Shown one piece after another: positions 1 to 7,329 of a stretch of 29,053 nucleotides of DNA. Origin of the DNA: a virus (Duplodnaviria; Caudoviricetes); IMG/VR virus record IMGVR_UViG_3300033067_000430, positions 1 through 29,053 of that record; one strand, given 5' to 3'. The translations under genes were made by a program, and so were the position numbers. The notes beneath the pieces are model-generated. The model saw only the letters and a list, made by a program, of their open reading frames with translations, did no database searches and was not told the origin of the DNA. The first letter of the stretch is position 1, and every line of letters starts with the position of its first letter.

Positions 1-1
1 C

Positions 2-484
2 GTCATTGCGTTAGAGCTTGGCATCACCAGCCGCTCCGCCGTGATTGGTAAGGCCTTCCGCCTCAAGCTTGCCCGCCGCGAGACCAGCATCCGCGCCAAG
101 CCTATGGCTAAGAAGTTCTCCCCCAGCCAGTTTAACGCCCCGCCGCCGCCCAAGCGCGGCGTGCGCAAGGTGTACGTGCTGGCTCAGGATGACCGCCCAG
201 CGCGCCCCGTAGAAATCACCCCAGAGCACGAGCGCAAGACGCTCCTGCAGCTTGAGGACCGTGGTTGCCGGTTTCCCTTCGGAGAGGGCGACCCGATCAC
301 CTTCTGCGGTCGGAAGCGGGTTTCGGGGCTTAGCTACTGCACAAGCCACGCACGGACCTGTTTCACGCAGACCAGCGTGGCGGAGGTTTTTGCCGACGCC
401 GGCAAAAACCCCGACGCTGAAGGCACGGGCGGCTTTGCCCCTCAGTTATTTGAAAAAGTCGAAGAACTGGAGGCCGTGCCGTGA
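2..484 (+). CDS. gcrA: GcrA-family cell-cycle regulator homologue (5'-partial)
   Basis: The frame is open from position 2 and reads VIALELGITSRSAVIGKAFRLKL, matching the GcrA N-terminal HTH (IAxELGxxSRNAVIGKxxRLxL). The C-terminal LLQLEDRGCRFPFGE..FCG..SYCTSHA motif is typical of GcrA. The start lies upstream of the window. Confidence 0.9.
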   Translation, partial: VIALELGITSRSAVIGKAFRLKLARRETSIRAKPMAKKFSPSQFNAPPPPKRGVRKVYVLAQDDRPARPVEITPEHERKTLLQLEDRGCRFPFGEGDPITFCGRKRVSGLSYCTSHARTCFTQTSVAEVFADAGKNPDAEGTGGFAPQLFEKVEELEAVP

Positions 485-708
485 CCGACAATCCCAAGGC
501 CACCCGCCTCACCCTCTTCCTCGCCATGATCAACGCGGCTGAAAAGTTCGCGGCTCCGATTACCCCGATGGAATGCCTGATCGTCTCGCATCTCACGTCG
601 GAATGGATTGAGAGCGGGGAAGTCCCTGATCCTGAGGAGTGGGACCAATACGACTACGAGATCGATCTGGACGAAGCCATCGACGAAGAAACAGCCACAC
701 AGAACTGA
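481..708 (+). CDS. small acidic hypothetical protein
   Basis: GTGA overlap with the gcrA stop; 75 aa with an acidic C-terminus. Confidence 0.6.
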   Translation: MTDNPKATRLTLFLAMINAAEKFAAPITPMECLIVSHLTSEWIESGEVPDPEEWDQYDYEIDLDEAIDEETATQN

Positions 709-713
709 GACAC

Positions 714-953
714 ATGAGCAGCGCATCACAACAAACATCATTCACGCGGTTTGCGGCAATCACCGCGACGGTCTGCGCAGTGGCTGCTATTGGCGGATCA
801 CTGGTTGGGATTTGGCTTGTAGAACCCGAGGTCAACGCGGGCGCGTCTGCTTTTACTCCCGAGAGGTTTCGATGGTTGCAGACCCTTAACCTAACGATGT
901 CCGCGTCGGCCACGGGTGGCGCCGCAGCGCTGTGGGCGGAGTTGTGGAAATGA
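714..953 (+). CDS. small membrane protein
   Basis: ATG at 714 just after the previous stop; hydrophobic stretch FAAITATVCAVAAIGGSLVGIWLV; ATGA overlap with the next gene. Confidence 0.6.
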   Translation: MSSASQQTSFTRFAAITATVCAVAAIGGSLVGIWLVEPEVNAGASAFTPERFRWLQTLNLTMSASATGGAAALWAELWK

Positions 954-1975
954 AAAACGTCATTGCTCCCAAGTGGGTCTGCGCTCTTTCCATCCTCGTC
1001 GGCGTCACCGCCTTCGGGGTTCAATGCGCGATTGATATCTTCCAGTTCACGCGCAATGTTGCCGACCCGGTTGAGTGGTGGACGCAGGTTTGGCAGGCGG
1101 CGCTTCCCACAGGGTTCACCGTAGCCTTCTCAGCCTTCGGCGGCTGCTTGCTGTACGCGCGCGCTTGGGTCAGCGCTGCTGCATTGTATGTGTTTGTCGC
1201 CCTCGTGATGGCTGTCACGGCGTCGAATGGCATCGACTATCTCGCAAACTCAACTGTTGCCAAGACGGTGGAGGCGCAGAGGAAGGTTGTAGTTGCTAAC
1301 GACATTGCCGCTATTCAGACCGAGACAGCCAAGAAGGAGAGGCAGGAGACGCTGGACACCCTCTGGCGCACGTACACCGTCGCCAAAAAGTCGGAAGACA
1401 AGGAAAAGGTCCTTGGGCAGATCAAGGGCGTCACGGACACTCCGTTGCAGGTTCATGCCCCGGTTGTCGAAGAGGTGAAGATGGGCGGCGGCGCCATCCT
1501 CAAGCGCCGTTTCGGCATGAACCCCGAGATCATCCAAGAGGTGCGGTCGGTCGCGTTTCCGGTACTCATTTTGATTGGAAAGAGCCTTGCGATAACGCTG
1601 GGTTTTGCCTTCTGGCCGAAGGTTCCGGCGGTTTCCACTGAAACCCCAGCGAATCCTGCGGATTTTCCACCCACTTTCCACCCCACTTTCCACCCCCCTA
1701 CGATTGAAAAGAAAACCAAAGAAGAGGCCTTGAGCCTCATCCGCTCGGAGTTTCCAAAAAATCGCACAGGGATAGGGGTCAACTTCATCGCTGACCGCTG
1801 CGGTGTAAGCCGACCGTGCGCCCGATCCTGGCTTCGTCAACTTGAAACGGAAGGCCACGTCACGCTTGCGGAACGCCAGGAGCGCTTTGGCGTCAAGCCG
1901 ACAATGTATGTGAAGCTAGTCAAAACCGCCCCTGTTTTGGTGGCCAGCAATAACGACTTGAAAGCGTCTGCGTAA
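950..1975 (+). CDS. multi-pass membrane protein with coiled region and C-terminal (winged) HTH
   Basis: Three N-terminal hydrophobic helices, a charged helical middle, a fourth TM (VAFPVLILIGKSLAITLGFAFWP), then HTH-like GVNFIADRCGVSRPCARSWLRQLETEGHV. The ATG at 950 overlaps the upstream TGA. Confidence 0.75.
   Translation: MKNVIAPKWVCALSILVGVTAFGVQCAIDIFQFTRNVADPVEWWTQVWQAALPTGFTVAFSAFGGCLLYARAWVSAAALYVFVALVMAVTASNGIDYLANSTVAKTVEAQRKVVVANDIAAIQTETAKKERQETLDTLWRTYTVAKKSEDKEKVLGQIKGVTDTPLQVHAPVVEEVKMGGGAILKRRFGMNPEIIQEVRSVAFPVLILIGKSLAITLGFAFWPKVPAVSTETPANPADFPPTFHPTFHPPTIEKKTKEEALSLIRSEFPKNRTGIGVNFIADRCGVSRPCARSWLRQLETEGHVTLAERQERFGVKPTMYVKLVKTAPVLVASNNDLKASA
1664..1697 (+). repeat. TTTCCACCC direct repeats (3 copies, 11-12 bp spacing)
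   Basis: TTTCCAC at 1664, 1675 and 1687, plus a copy at 1632; the run encodes PPTFHPTFHPP. Confidence 0.75.
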
Positions 1976-2010
1976 AAAACAAAAGCCCGCTTTGGCGAGC
2001 GGGCTTGTTT
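1974..2010 (-). terminator. intrinsic terminator, strongest on the - strand, possibly bidirectional
   Basis: Stem AAGCCCGCT(1983-1991)/AGCGGGCTT(1998-2006) with loop TTGGCG. The A-run at 1974-1984 gives a U tail on the - strand; TTGTTT follows on the + strand. Confidence 0.75.
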
Positions 2011-2063
2011 CAACCAGTGGCCGGAGGTTGGCGCCTCGTGTCGGCCGATAACGAAGATCGGTG
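1974..2063 (-). ncRNA. putative ~90-nt counter-transcribed antisense RNA
   Basis: Lies between a predicted leftward promoter (2099-2070) and the - strand terminator; contains two hairpins with identical loops (CGCCAA on this strand). Confidence 0.5.
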
Positions 2064-2068
2064 AACAC

Positions 2069-2099
2069 TATGTACTACAACTTTAACGCCTACGTCAAG
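2069..2099 (-). promoter_or_regulatory. leftward sigma70-type promoter
   Basis: The - strand reads CTTGAC(2099-2094)-N18-GTACAT(2075-2070), close to the rhizobial consensus CTTGAC-N17/18-CTATAT. Confidence 0.5.
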
Positions 2100-2179
2100 C
2101 ACAGGTTGTCCCCAAATCTTCCACCGCCGTGGTGGATTGCACCGCGCCTCACTAAGCGTGCGGTTCTCTGCGCCTACTC

Positions 2180-2368
2180 GTGGCGCATCGTGTCCGCCTC
2201 ATCCACGCAGAGCGTCATCAATCGCTTTCGGCTGTGGGGCGCGTGATGGAACCGGCCACCCAGCAAATCAAAGCCAGCCTCGATGCGCTTATAGCCGCGA
2301 TGAAAGACCCACGCATAACGCGTGAGCAGCTGATCCGCATGATCTCTACGCAAGAGGTGCGGAAATGA
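2180..2368 (+). CDS. small leader ORF coupled to the replication initiator (start may be 2245)
   Basis: Its stop overlaps the initiator ATG (ATGA at 2365-2368); GAGGTG SD precedes 2365. Confidence 0.5.
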   Translation: MAHRVRLIHAERHQSLSAVGRVMEPATQQIKASLDALIAAMKDPRITREQLIRMISTQEVRK

Positions 2369-3474
2369 TCGGCCACAACAGACCGAACTTTGACACCGTC
2401 GTCGAGGACAGCCTTGTACGTGGCGTCTACCTTGTCCATCTGCAGGCCCTGCAGCGCTGCATCAAAGACCCGCGCCTGGATCAACGTCACCGTCTTGTGC
2501 TGGTGGCGCTGACAGAGTGCATCAACTCCAAGTCGGCCGTCGCTTACCCTGGGCGCGCTTGGCTGGCGGCCAACATTGCCCACTACGTGCACGGAGAGCC
2601 GCGCAGGTACTCTGAGGGTACGATTGCCAACACGCTCTCTGAGCTTGTGGAGTTTGGTTACCTCTACGTGACGCGGCGCGCACCAGAGAACGGAAAGCGT
2701 GCGCTCTCTCATTACGCGGTCTACTCACCATCCGTAGAAGAGTTGCAGAGCGAAATCGCGCTTGCTTGTGCCGCCATTCGGGCACTACCCAAGCGTCAAT
2801 TTCCACGGCCTGAGGTCAACTCCGGAGTTGACGTCAACTCGGTACGTGACGTCAAGAACGTGGTTGACATCAGGACCGGGCAGGAAATTCAGCAACCAAT
2901 TGAAAAACAACAAGAACCAGTTTTTGAGGTCAACTCTGGAAGTGACGTCAACTCCGGACGTGACGTCAACTTTTTCGAGGCTGAGGTCAACTCCGGTCGT
3001 GGACAGGAACTAGTTAAGGAACTGGTAGAAGAGAAAGAGGAAGATAAATCTTCCTCTTCGTCCGGCTGTAAGCCGGACAATGACTATGACGCTCGGCCGA
3101 TGAGCCGGGACATGCAGGAGGCTGTTCGCCTCTACAACCTTATTGCCGACGAGGCAGGCCTCCCGTTGGTGCGCTCAATGCGTTTGAGCGACAAGCGCCA
3201 GCGGTTACTTCGTGCTCGCCTCAAAGATGCTGGCGGCCTTCGCGGCTGGGCCGAGGCGATGAGCAATCTGCACAACTCCAAATTTCTCAGAGGGCAGAGC
3301 AAGAGCGGCTGGATGGCCGATTTTGACTTCTGCATTCGCCCGGACAGCTTCGACAAGCTCTGGAGCGGAAAATACACCGATGCGCACTTGCGCAAGGGGC
3401 CGACCGGAGACACGCCTGCGGCGTCGGCCTTGCGTGACGTTTACGAACAGCTTCGGGAGGGTGGCGATCCATGA
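2365..3474 (+). CDS. phage replication initiator / replisome organiser (lambda O-like architecture)
   Basis: N-terminal wHTH (AYPGRAWLA...SEGTIANTLSELVEFGYL), central iteron-encoded repeats, C-terminal SKFLRGQSKSGWMADFDFCIRPDSFDKLWSGKY typical of phage initiators; lies just upstream of the primase-helicase. Confidence 0.8.
   Translation: MIGHNRPNFDTVVEDSLVRGVYLVHLQALQRCIKDPRLDQRHRLVLVALTECINSKSAVAYPGRAWLAANIAHYVHGEPRRYSEGTIANTLSELVEFGYLYVTRRAPENGKRALSHYAVYSPSVEELQSEIALACAAIRALPKRQFPRPEVNSGVDVNSVRDVKNVVDIRTGQEIQQPIEKQQEPVFEVNSGSDVNSGRDVNFFEAEVNSGRGQELVKELVEEKEEDKSSSSSGCKPDNDYDARPMSRDMQEAVRLYNLIADEAGLPLVRSMRLSDKRQRLLRARLKDAGGLRGWAEAMSNLHNSKFLRGQSKSGWMADFDFCIRPDSFDKLWSGKYTDAHLRKGPTGDTPAASALRDVYEQLREGGDP
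2811..2999. repeat. iteron array, probable replication origin inside the initiator gene
   Basis: TGA(G/C)GTCAACT-type units at 2811, 2829, 2847, (2865 degenerate), 2925, 2943, 2961 and 2982, mostly 18 bp apart. The two blocks flank an A-rich spacer (~2885-2924). Confidence 0.85.
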
Positions 3475-3986
3475 TGCTCACCGTCTCCGAAATTCTCCAC
3501 CAAGAGCAGGTTAGGGAACGGCCAGGAGATCACTACTACACCACGTGCCCCCAGTGCTCCCCAAACCGAAAGCGACACAACCAGAAGAAGCCCTGCCTCA
3601 GGGTCCAAGTGGACGAAAGAGGCGTTCGGCTCACCTGCTTCCACTGCAGCTGGTTCAAGGCAAGATTCTACGACGAAGGAAATGGAAATGCTGGCAAAGC
3701 TTCAACTCTCAAGCGACCACAGTCAGTGGTTGGAAGCCGCCCGAAAGATCCCGTGCGAGATCGCAGCGGAGCACGGCGTGGTGTCGAAGGGGAACAGCCT
3801 TGGGTTCCAGTACACGCGGAACGGCGAGTGCTCGTTTCTGAAAATCAGAACGCCAGACAAGTCGTTTTGGATCGAGCCGAAGGGCGCCGCGTTGTTTCTG
3901 TGGAACGAGGACACGCTGAAAGAGCCGTCCGAGGCGCCACTAATCATCACGGAGGGCGAATTCGACGCACTGTCGTTCCTCGCTAG
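3471..3986 (+). CDS. Cys4 zinc-binding domain of a T7 gp4/Twinkle-type primase, with an out-of-frame tail
   Basis: YYTTCPQCS...KKPCLRV...TCFHCSW in the first ~70 aa; ATGA-coupled to the initiator. The last ~100 codons overlap the next gene and show no recognisable domain. Confidence 0.7.
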   Translation: MMLTVSEILHQEQVRERPGDHYYTTCPQCSPNRKRHNQKKPCLRVQVDERGVRLTCFHCSWFKARFYDEGNGNAGKASTLKRPQSVVGSRPKDPVRDRSGARRGVEGEQPWVPVHAERRVLVSENQNARQVVLDRAEGRRVVSVERGHAERAVRGATNHHGGRIRRTVVPR

Positions 3987-5133
3987 CGGGGCAACGCACG
4001 TTGTATCCGTGCCGAACGGCGCGGCCGGAAGGCCAGGAGAGGGTGACGTGATCCCGGCCAATGACAAGCAGTATGCCTACCTCTGGGAGGGCGGCCGACT
4101 AAAGCCAGCAATCGCCCAATTCAAGAAGGTCATCCTGGCGACAGATGATGATGAACCTGGCCGCATTTTGCGTGACGAACTGGCCATCCGCATTGGGCGC
4201 TCGCGTTGCTGGTTTGTGATCTATCCAGACGGCTGCAAAGACGCGAACGAGGTTCTGCAGCGTCTGGGCGCGGATGCTTTGCAAGACATGATTGCAGATG
4301 CGAAGCCCATGGTTCCCAACCAGCTCGTAAAGTTTTCCGATCTTCCCCAGCGGGGTGATCAGAAGCAATACAGCGCTGGATGGTCCAAGCTTGACCCGCA
4401 CTTCCGGTTTGCGCCGCCGCAGCTGATCGTCATTACTGGCGTCCCCAATGCCGGTAAGAGCGAATGGGCAATCTGTATGCTGGCCAATCTCGCGCGCATC
4501 CATGGCCTCAAAGGGGCAATCCTTCAATTTGAAGACAGTCCAGAGCGTAATCGGCGCACCCTGCTCACCTACGCAAAAACGTGGAGGGGGCAGGGCAACG
4601 GCGTCGGCATTCACGATGAGCCCGCAGTGTGGGTGGACGCGATGTTCCGCACAGTCACGCCGAACGAAGACGTCGATGATGACCGGGATTTTGATCTGAA
4701 ATGGCTACAGGGCGCGATTGAAGAAGCCGCCATTCGCCATGGCTGCAAGTGGGTTCTCATCGACCCATGGAACGAAGTTGAACATCTGTGGGGCCGCCAA
4801 GACACGGAGGCTTCCTATCTCAATCGAGCAATCAAACAGCTTAAGCGCATGGCGCGCAGGTACCAGATTGCAATCATCGTTGTGGCGCACCCGACCAAGG
4901 ACGGCGGCAAAAACTCCACGCTTGCTGACGCGTCTCTGTACGACATCGCGGGCGGCGCCGTGTGGAACAACAAGGCCGATCTTGGGGTGATCGTTTACTC
5001 CGATAATCCGGCCTCAACGACGGTTCGAGACATCAAGATCTGCAAGTCGAAGAACTATTTCACCATGGGCGTTCCAGGGACTGTCGTCATGGAATTTGAT
5101 CCTGTCAAAGCAACCTACAAGTGCAAGGGCTAA
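3682..5133 (+). CDS. Twinkle/T7 gp4-like primase-helicase (TOPRIM + DnaB-like helicase), no N-terminal zinc finger
   Basis: TOPRIM motifs IITEGEFDALS, VSVPNGA, ILATDDDEPG and CKDANEVL; Walker A ITGVPNAGKS; Walker B VLIDPWN; VVAHPTK; LYDIAGG..NKAD. Start is 3682 or 3688, after GAAGGA. Confidence 0.92.
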   Translation: MEMLAKLQLSSDHSQWLEAARKIPCEIAAEHGVVSKGNSLGFQYTRNGECSFLKIRTPDKSFWIEPKGAALFLWNEDTLKEPSEAPLIITEGEFDALSFLASGATHVVSVPNGAAGRPGEGDVIPANDKQYAYLWEGGRLKPAIAQFKKVILATDDDEPGRILRDELAIRIGRSRCWFVIYPDGCKDANEVLQRLGADALQDMIADAKPMVPNQLVKFSDLPQRGDQKQYSAGWSKLDPHFRFAPPQLIVITGVPNAGKSEWAICMLANLARIHGLKGAILQFEDSPERNRRTLLTYAKTWRGQGNGVGIHDEPAVWVDAMFRTVTPNEDVDDDRDFDLKWLQGAIEEAAIRHGCKWVLIDPWNEVEHLWGRQDTEASYLNRAIKQLKRMARRYQIAIIVVAHPTKDGGKNSTLADASLYDIAGGAVWNNKADLGVIVYSDNPASTTVRDIKICKSKNYFTMGVPGTVVMEFDPVKATYKCKG

Positions 5134-5137
5134 CACC

Positions 5138-5416
5138 ATGAAGCGCGATGACGTTATTCAGGCAGTGCAGAAGAAAATGGAAGACCTCGGCATTCCGCAG
5201 CACGTCGCCAGCGTGCGCAAAGTTCCGAGCAGCGTCGAGTGTCAAATCCTTATGGGAGGAGCCGACGTTTTAAACATCAAAGCTCGCTCCGGCATCACAC
5301 ATCCCGAGCTGAAGATGCTGCTTCAGGAAATCGAGGACAAGTGGCACCTCAAGCACGACCCGACCGGCTCTCAGACCGACCTTGAGGAAGCAATTTCGGA
5401 GCGGGAAATGGCATGA
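5138..5416 (+). CDS. hypothetical protein
   Basis: ATG 4 nt after the helicase stop; ATGA-coupled to the next ORF. Confidence 0.65.
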   Translation: MKRDDVIQAVQKKMEDLGIPQHVASVRKVPSSVECQILMGGADVLNIKARSGITHPELKMLLQEIEDKWHLKHDPTGSQTDLEEAISEREMA

Positions 5417-5718
5417 CCCCCTCTCTCGAAATCCGCGAAGAAGCAGCAAGGCTGTTCGAAGCATGCGACGCGGCGGAAGAAGCTTACCGCGCGATTGAGG
5501 ATGAGCACGGTTCTGCATTTGCGAAGCTGCATGACTACGACTGGGTCGATGCGTGGACGAAGTACGAGGCGTTTACGAACATCCATCATTTCCGCCTACT
5601 GACGGATGCCTCGCGCCTCTATCTTCGGTGTGCAGAAACCAACATTCCGCTTTGTGATACCGACGAATGCATAGAAACAGAAACCGGGAAGTTAATGATT
5701 GTAAAACAGGCGGCGTAA
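5413..5718 (+). CDS. hypothetical protein
   Basis: Coupled ORF of 101 aa. Confidence 0.6.
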   Translation: MTPSLEIREEAARLFEACDAAEEAYRAIEDEHGSAFAKLHDYDWVDAWTKYEAFTNIHHFRLLTDASRLYLRCAETNIPLCDTDECIETETGKLMIVKQAA

Positions 5719-5734
5719 AACAAACAAAACGGAG

Positions 5735-6373
5735 ATGGAAATGAAATATCTGTGGAAACTCGCTGGAATATCGGGTATTATGTTTGTGCTTGGGGCGAGT
5801 TCCCCAGTTCTCGCTCAAAGCAATCTCTCGTGCTCCCTAGGCGCTCAAGCTGGATTGACGATTGCTTCGTCTGAGATCTCCGGGACGGGGTTTTCGCTGG
5901 ACGGCTTGAGCGCTCGGTCCCGGAGCCCCGATTTCGGCCTTTACACGGGCTGCCTCTACAAAATCCCCACCACCCCTTTCGCAGTCGGCCCCTGGGGCGA
6001 ATACAATTGGCGAGCGGTGGACTTCAAAGCGAGCGCTGGGCCGGTTGGCCTCACAGTGGGCCTTGGCAATGCTTGGGCACTTGGTGCCCGTGCTGGCTAC
6101 GTCCTCTCGAATGGCGTGATGCCTTACGCCTTGATCGGCTACACGAGAACGGAACTGACCCTCCCAGCAGGTACACCCATCAGCAGCGATCTGAAGGGGT
6201 GGATGATGGGTGGTGGCATCGAGGTTCCGTTGGCGAAGAACCTGTCGTTTGCTGGCGAGGCCCGCTGGACTAAGTACGACGCGGTTGACCTCACGCCGGT
6301 CACGACAATCCCCGCAAGCCTGAAGACGGATGGGCTCAGCGTTATGGGCCGCCTCTCGGTCACACTGAACTGA
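5735..6373 (+). CDS. outer-membrane beta-barrel protein (Omp25/Omp31/RopB-like)
   Basis: Signal peptide ending ...SSPVLA-Q; alternating beta-strands; family-like motifs WALGARAGYV..MPYALIGY and GWMMGGGIEV..NLSFAGEARWTKY. Start may be 5741, after GGAG. Confidence 0.85.
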   Translation: MEMKYLWKLAGISGIMFVLGASSPVLAQSNLSCSLGAQAGLTIASSEISGTGFSLDGLSARSRSPDFGLYTGCLYKIPTTPFAVGPWGEYNWRAVDFKASAGPVGLTVGLGNAWALGARAGYVLSNGVMPYALIGYTRTELTLPAGTPISSDLKGWMMGGGIEVPLAKNLSFAGEARWTKYDAVDLTPVTTIPASLKTDGLSVMGRLSVTLN

Positions 6374-6380
6374 GGCCACC

Positions 6381-6614
6381 ATGCAGCAGCCTGAAGACCA
6401 CGCCATCCACCTCCTACGAGCCGAACAACGCGGTGTTGAGATTTCAATGGAGATGCTTGGTCAGGTCTTCAGGCATGCAAGGCCCATCCACACGACAGAC
6501 ACAAGGCCCGCAGAACTTCCCGACGAAGCCATGACTAGGCTGGACGACTACAAGGCAAGCATTGAGCGGGAAATTAAACGCCTACGCATGAAGCGACAGG
6601 GGGCAAATCGATGA
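6381..6614 (+). CDS. hypothetical protein
   Basis: GAGG SD; ATGA overlap with the next gene. Confidence 0.6.
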   Translation: MQQPEDHAIHLLRAEQRGVEISMEMLGQVFRHARPIHTTDTRPAELPDEAMTRLDDYKASIEREIKRLRMKRQGANR

Positions 6615-6838
6615 GCAACGTGCATCCGATCCATCCTGAGAAGGCCACCCCACAGCAAATTCTGGCGCAAGCCTACGCACAGGCGCAGGCGGGAGACATC
6701 AGGGACGTGGTGATCGTCTACTCGCGTCCAGACGGAGAGATAAAGATCGCGCATGCAGGGTGTGTTCCAAGCGATTTGGCGGTTGCAGCCCTTATCGTTG
6801 AGGCAGAAGCCCGCAAGGCACTAGAAATCAATTGGTGA
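6611..6838 (+). CDS. hypothetical protein
   Basis: Coupled ORF of 75 aa. Confidence 0.65.
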   Translation: MSNVHPIHPEKATPQQILAQAYAQAQAGDIRDVVIVYSRPDGEIKIAHAGCVPSDLAVAALIVEAEARKALEINW

Positions 6839-6845
6839 GTGACCC

Positions 6846-6932
6846 ATGATCCGCTCTTACCGTGAATGGCTTCCTCTCGTTCTCACTCTCGCAGTGATCG
6901 CATACGTGGCGCATCTGAAGGGATGGCTGTGA
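6846..6932 (+). CDS. 28-aa single-TM peptide (below the ORF-track cutoff)
   Basis: MIRSYREWLPLVLTLAVIAYVAHLKGWL*; GGTGA upstream; its TGA overlaps the ATG at 6932. Confidence 0.55.
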   Translation: MIRSYREWLPLVLTLAVIAYVAHLKGWL

Positions 6933-7183
6933 TGATCGTTGAGCTTCAGCGGTTCGTGGAGTTCGGGGCGGATTACTTCAGCAACGAGCCCCGGCGCAAG
7001 AGCGATCTTGTGTTTGAGCCGATGACCATCAACACGGATTACATCGCCTGGGTTCATCGCGAAGACTGCGGCCCGTTTGAGATGTGTGTTTTTCATATGG
7101 CTGATCGGGGTGGCAATTTTCGCTTCGACATCACCTACAAGAAAGCTTGCGCTTTGATGCGGGCACGGAGGAAAGCGGCATGA
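6932..7183 (+). CDS. hypothetical protein
   Basis: Start moved to 6932 (GAAGGGA SD, TGATG coupling). Confidence 0.6.
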   Translation: MIVELQRFVEFGADYFSNEPRRKSDLVFEPMTINTDYIAWVHREDCGPFEMCVFHMADRGGNFRFDITYKKACALMRARRKAA

Positions 7184-7329
7184 CCACCGGCCACCGCATT
7201 CACATCAAAGGCTTCCGCCTCGACAAGAAGACCGGCAAGCCCGTCAAGTCTGTTGCTCATCTCGACGTGAGCACCCGCCTCAAACAGGCGGCATCAAAGA
7301 AAATCAGGATCAATAGGGGGACAAAGTGA
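7180..7329 (+). CDS. small basic protein
   Basis: GGAGG SD at 7167; overlaps its neighbours at both ends; K/R-rich, 49 aa. Confidence 0.65.
   Translation: MTTGHRIHIKGFRLDKKTGKPVKSVAHLDVSTRLKQAASKKIRINRGTK

Noticed and set aside
359-374. Third parS-like sequence TGTTTCACGCAGACCA
   Set aside because: Only 12/16 to parS, inside gcrA, and lacks the shared variant; compatible with chance.
2106-2130. DnaA-box-like sequences (TTGTCCCCA, GGTGGATTG)
   Set aside because: At least two mismatches to TTATCCACA, and better explained as hairpin arms.
2811-2999. Repeat array read as a CRISPR
   Set aside because: The units abut at 18-bp period without unique spacers, lie in frame inside a CDS, and no cas genes are present.
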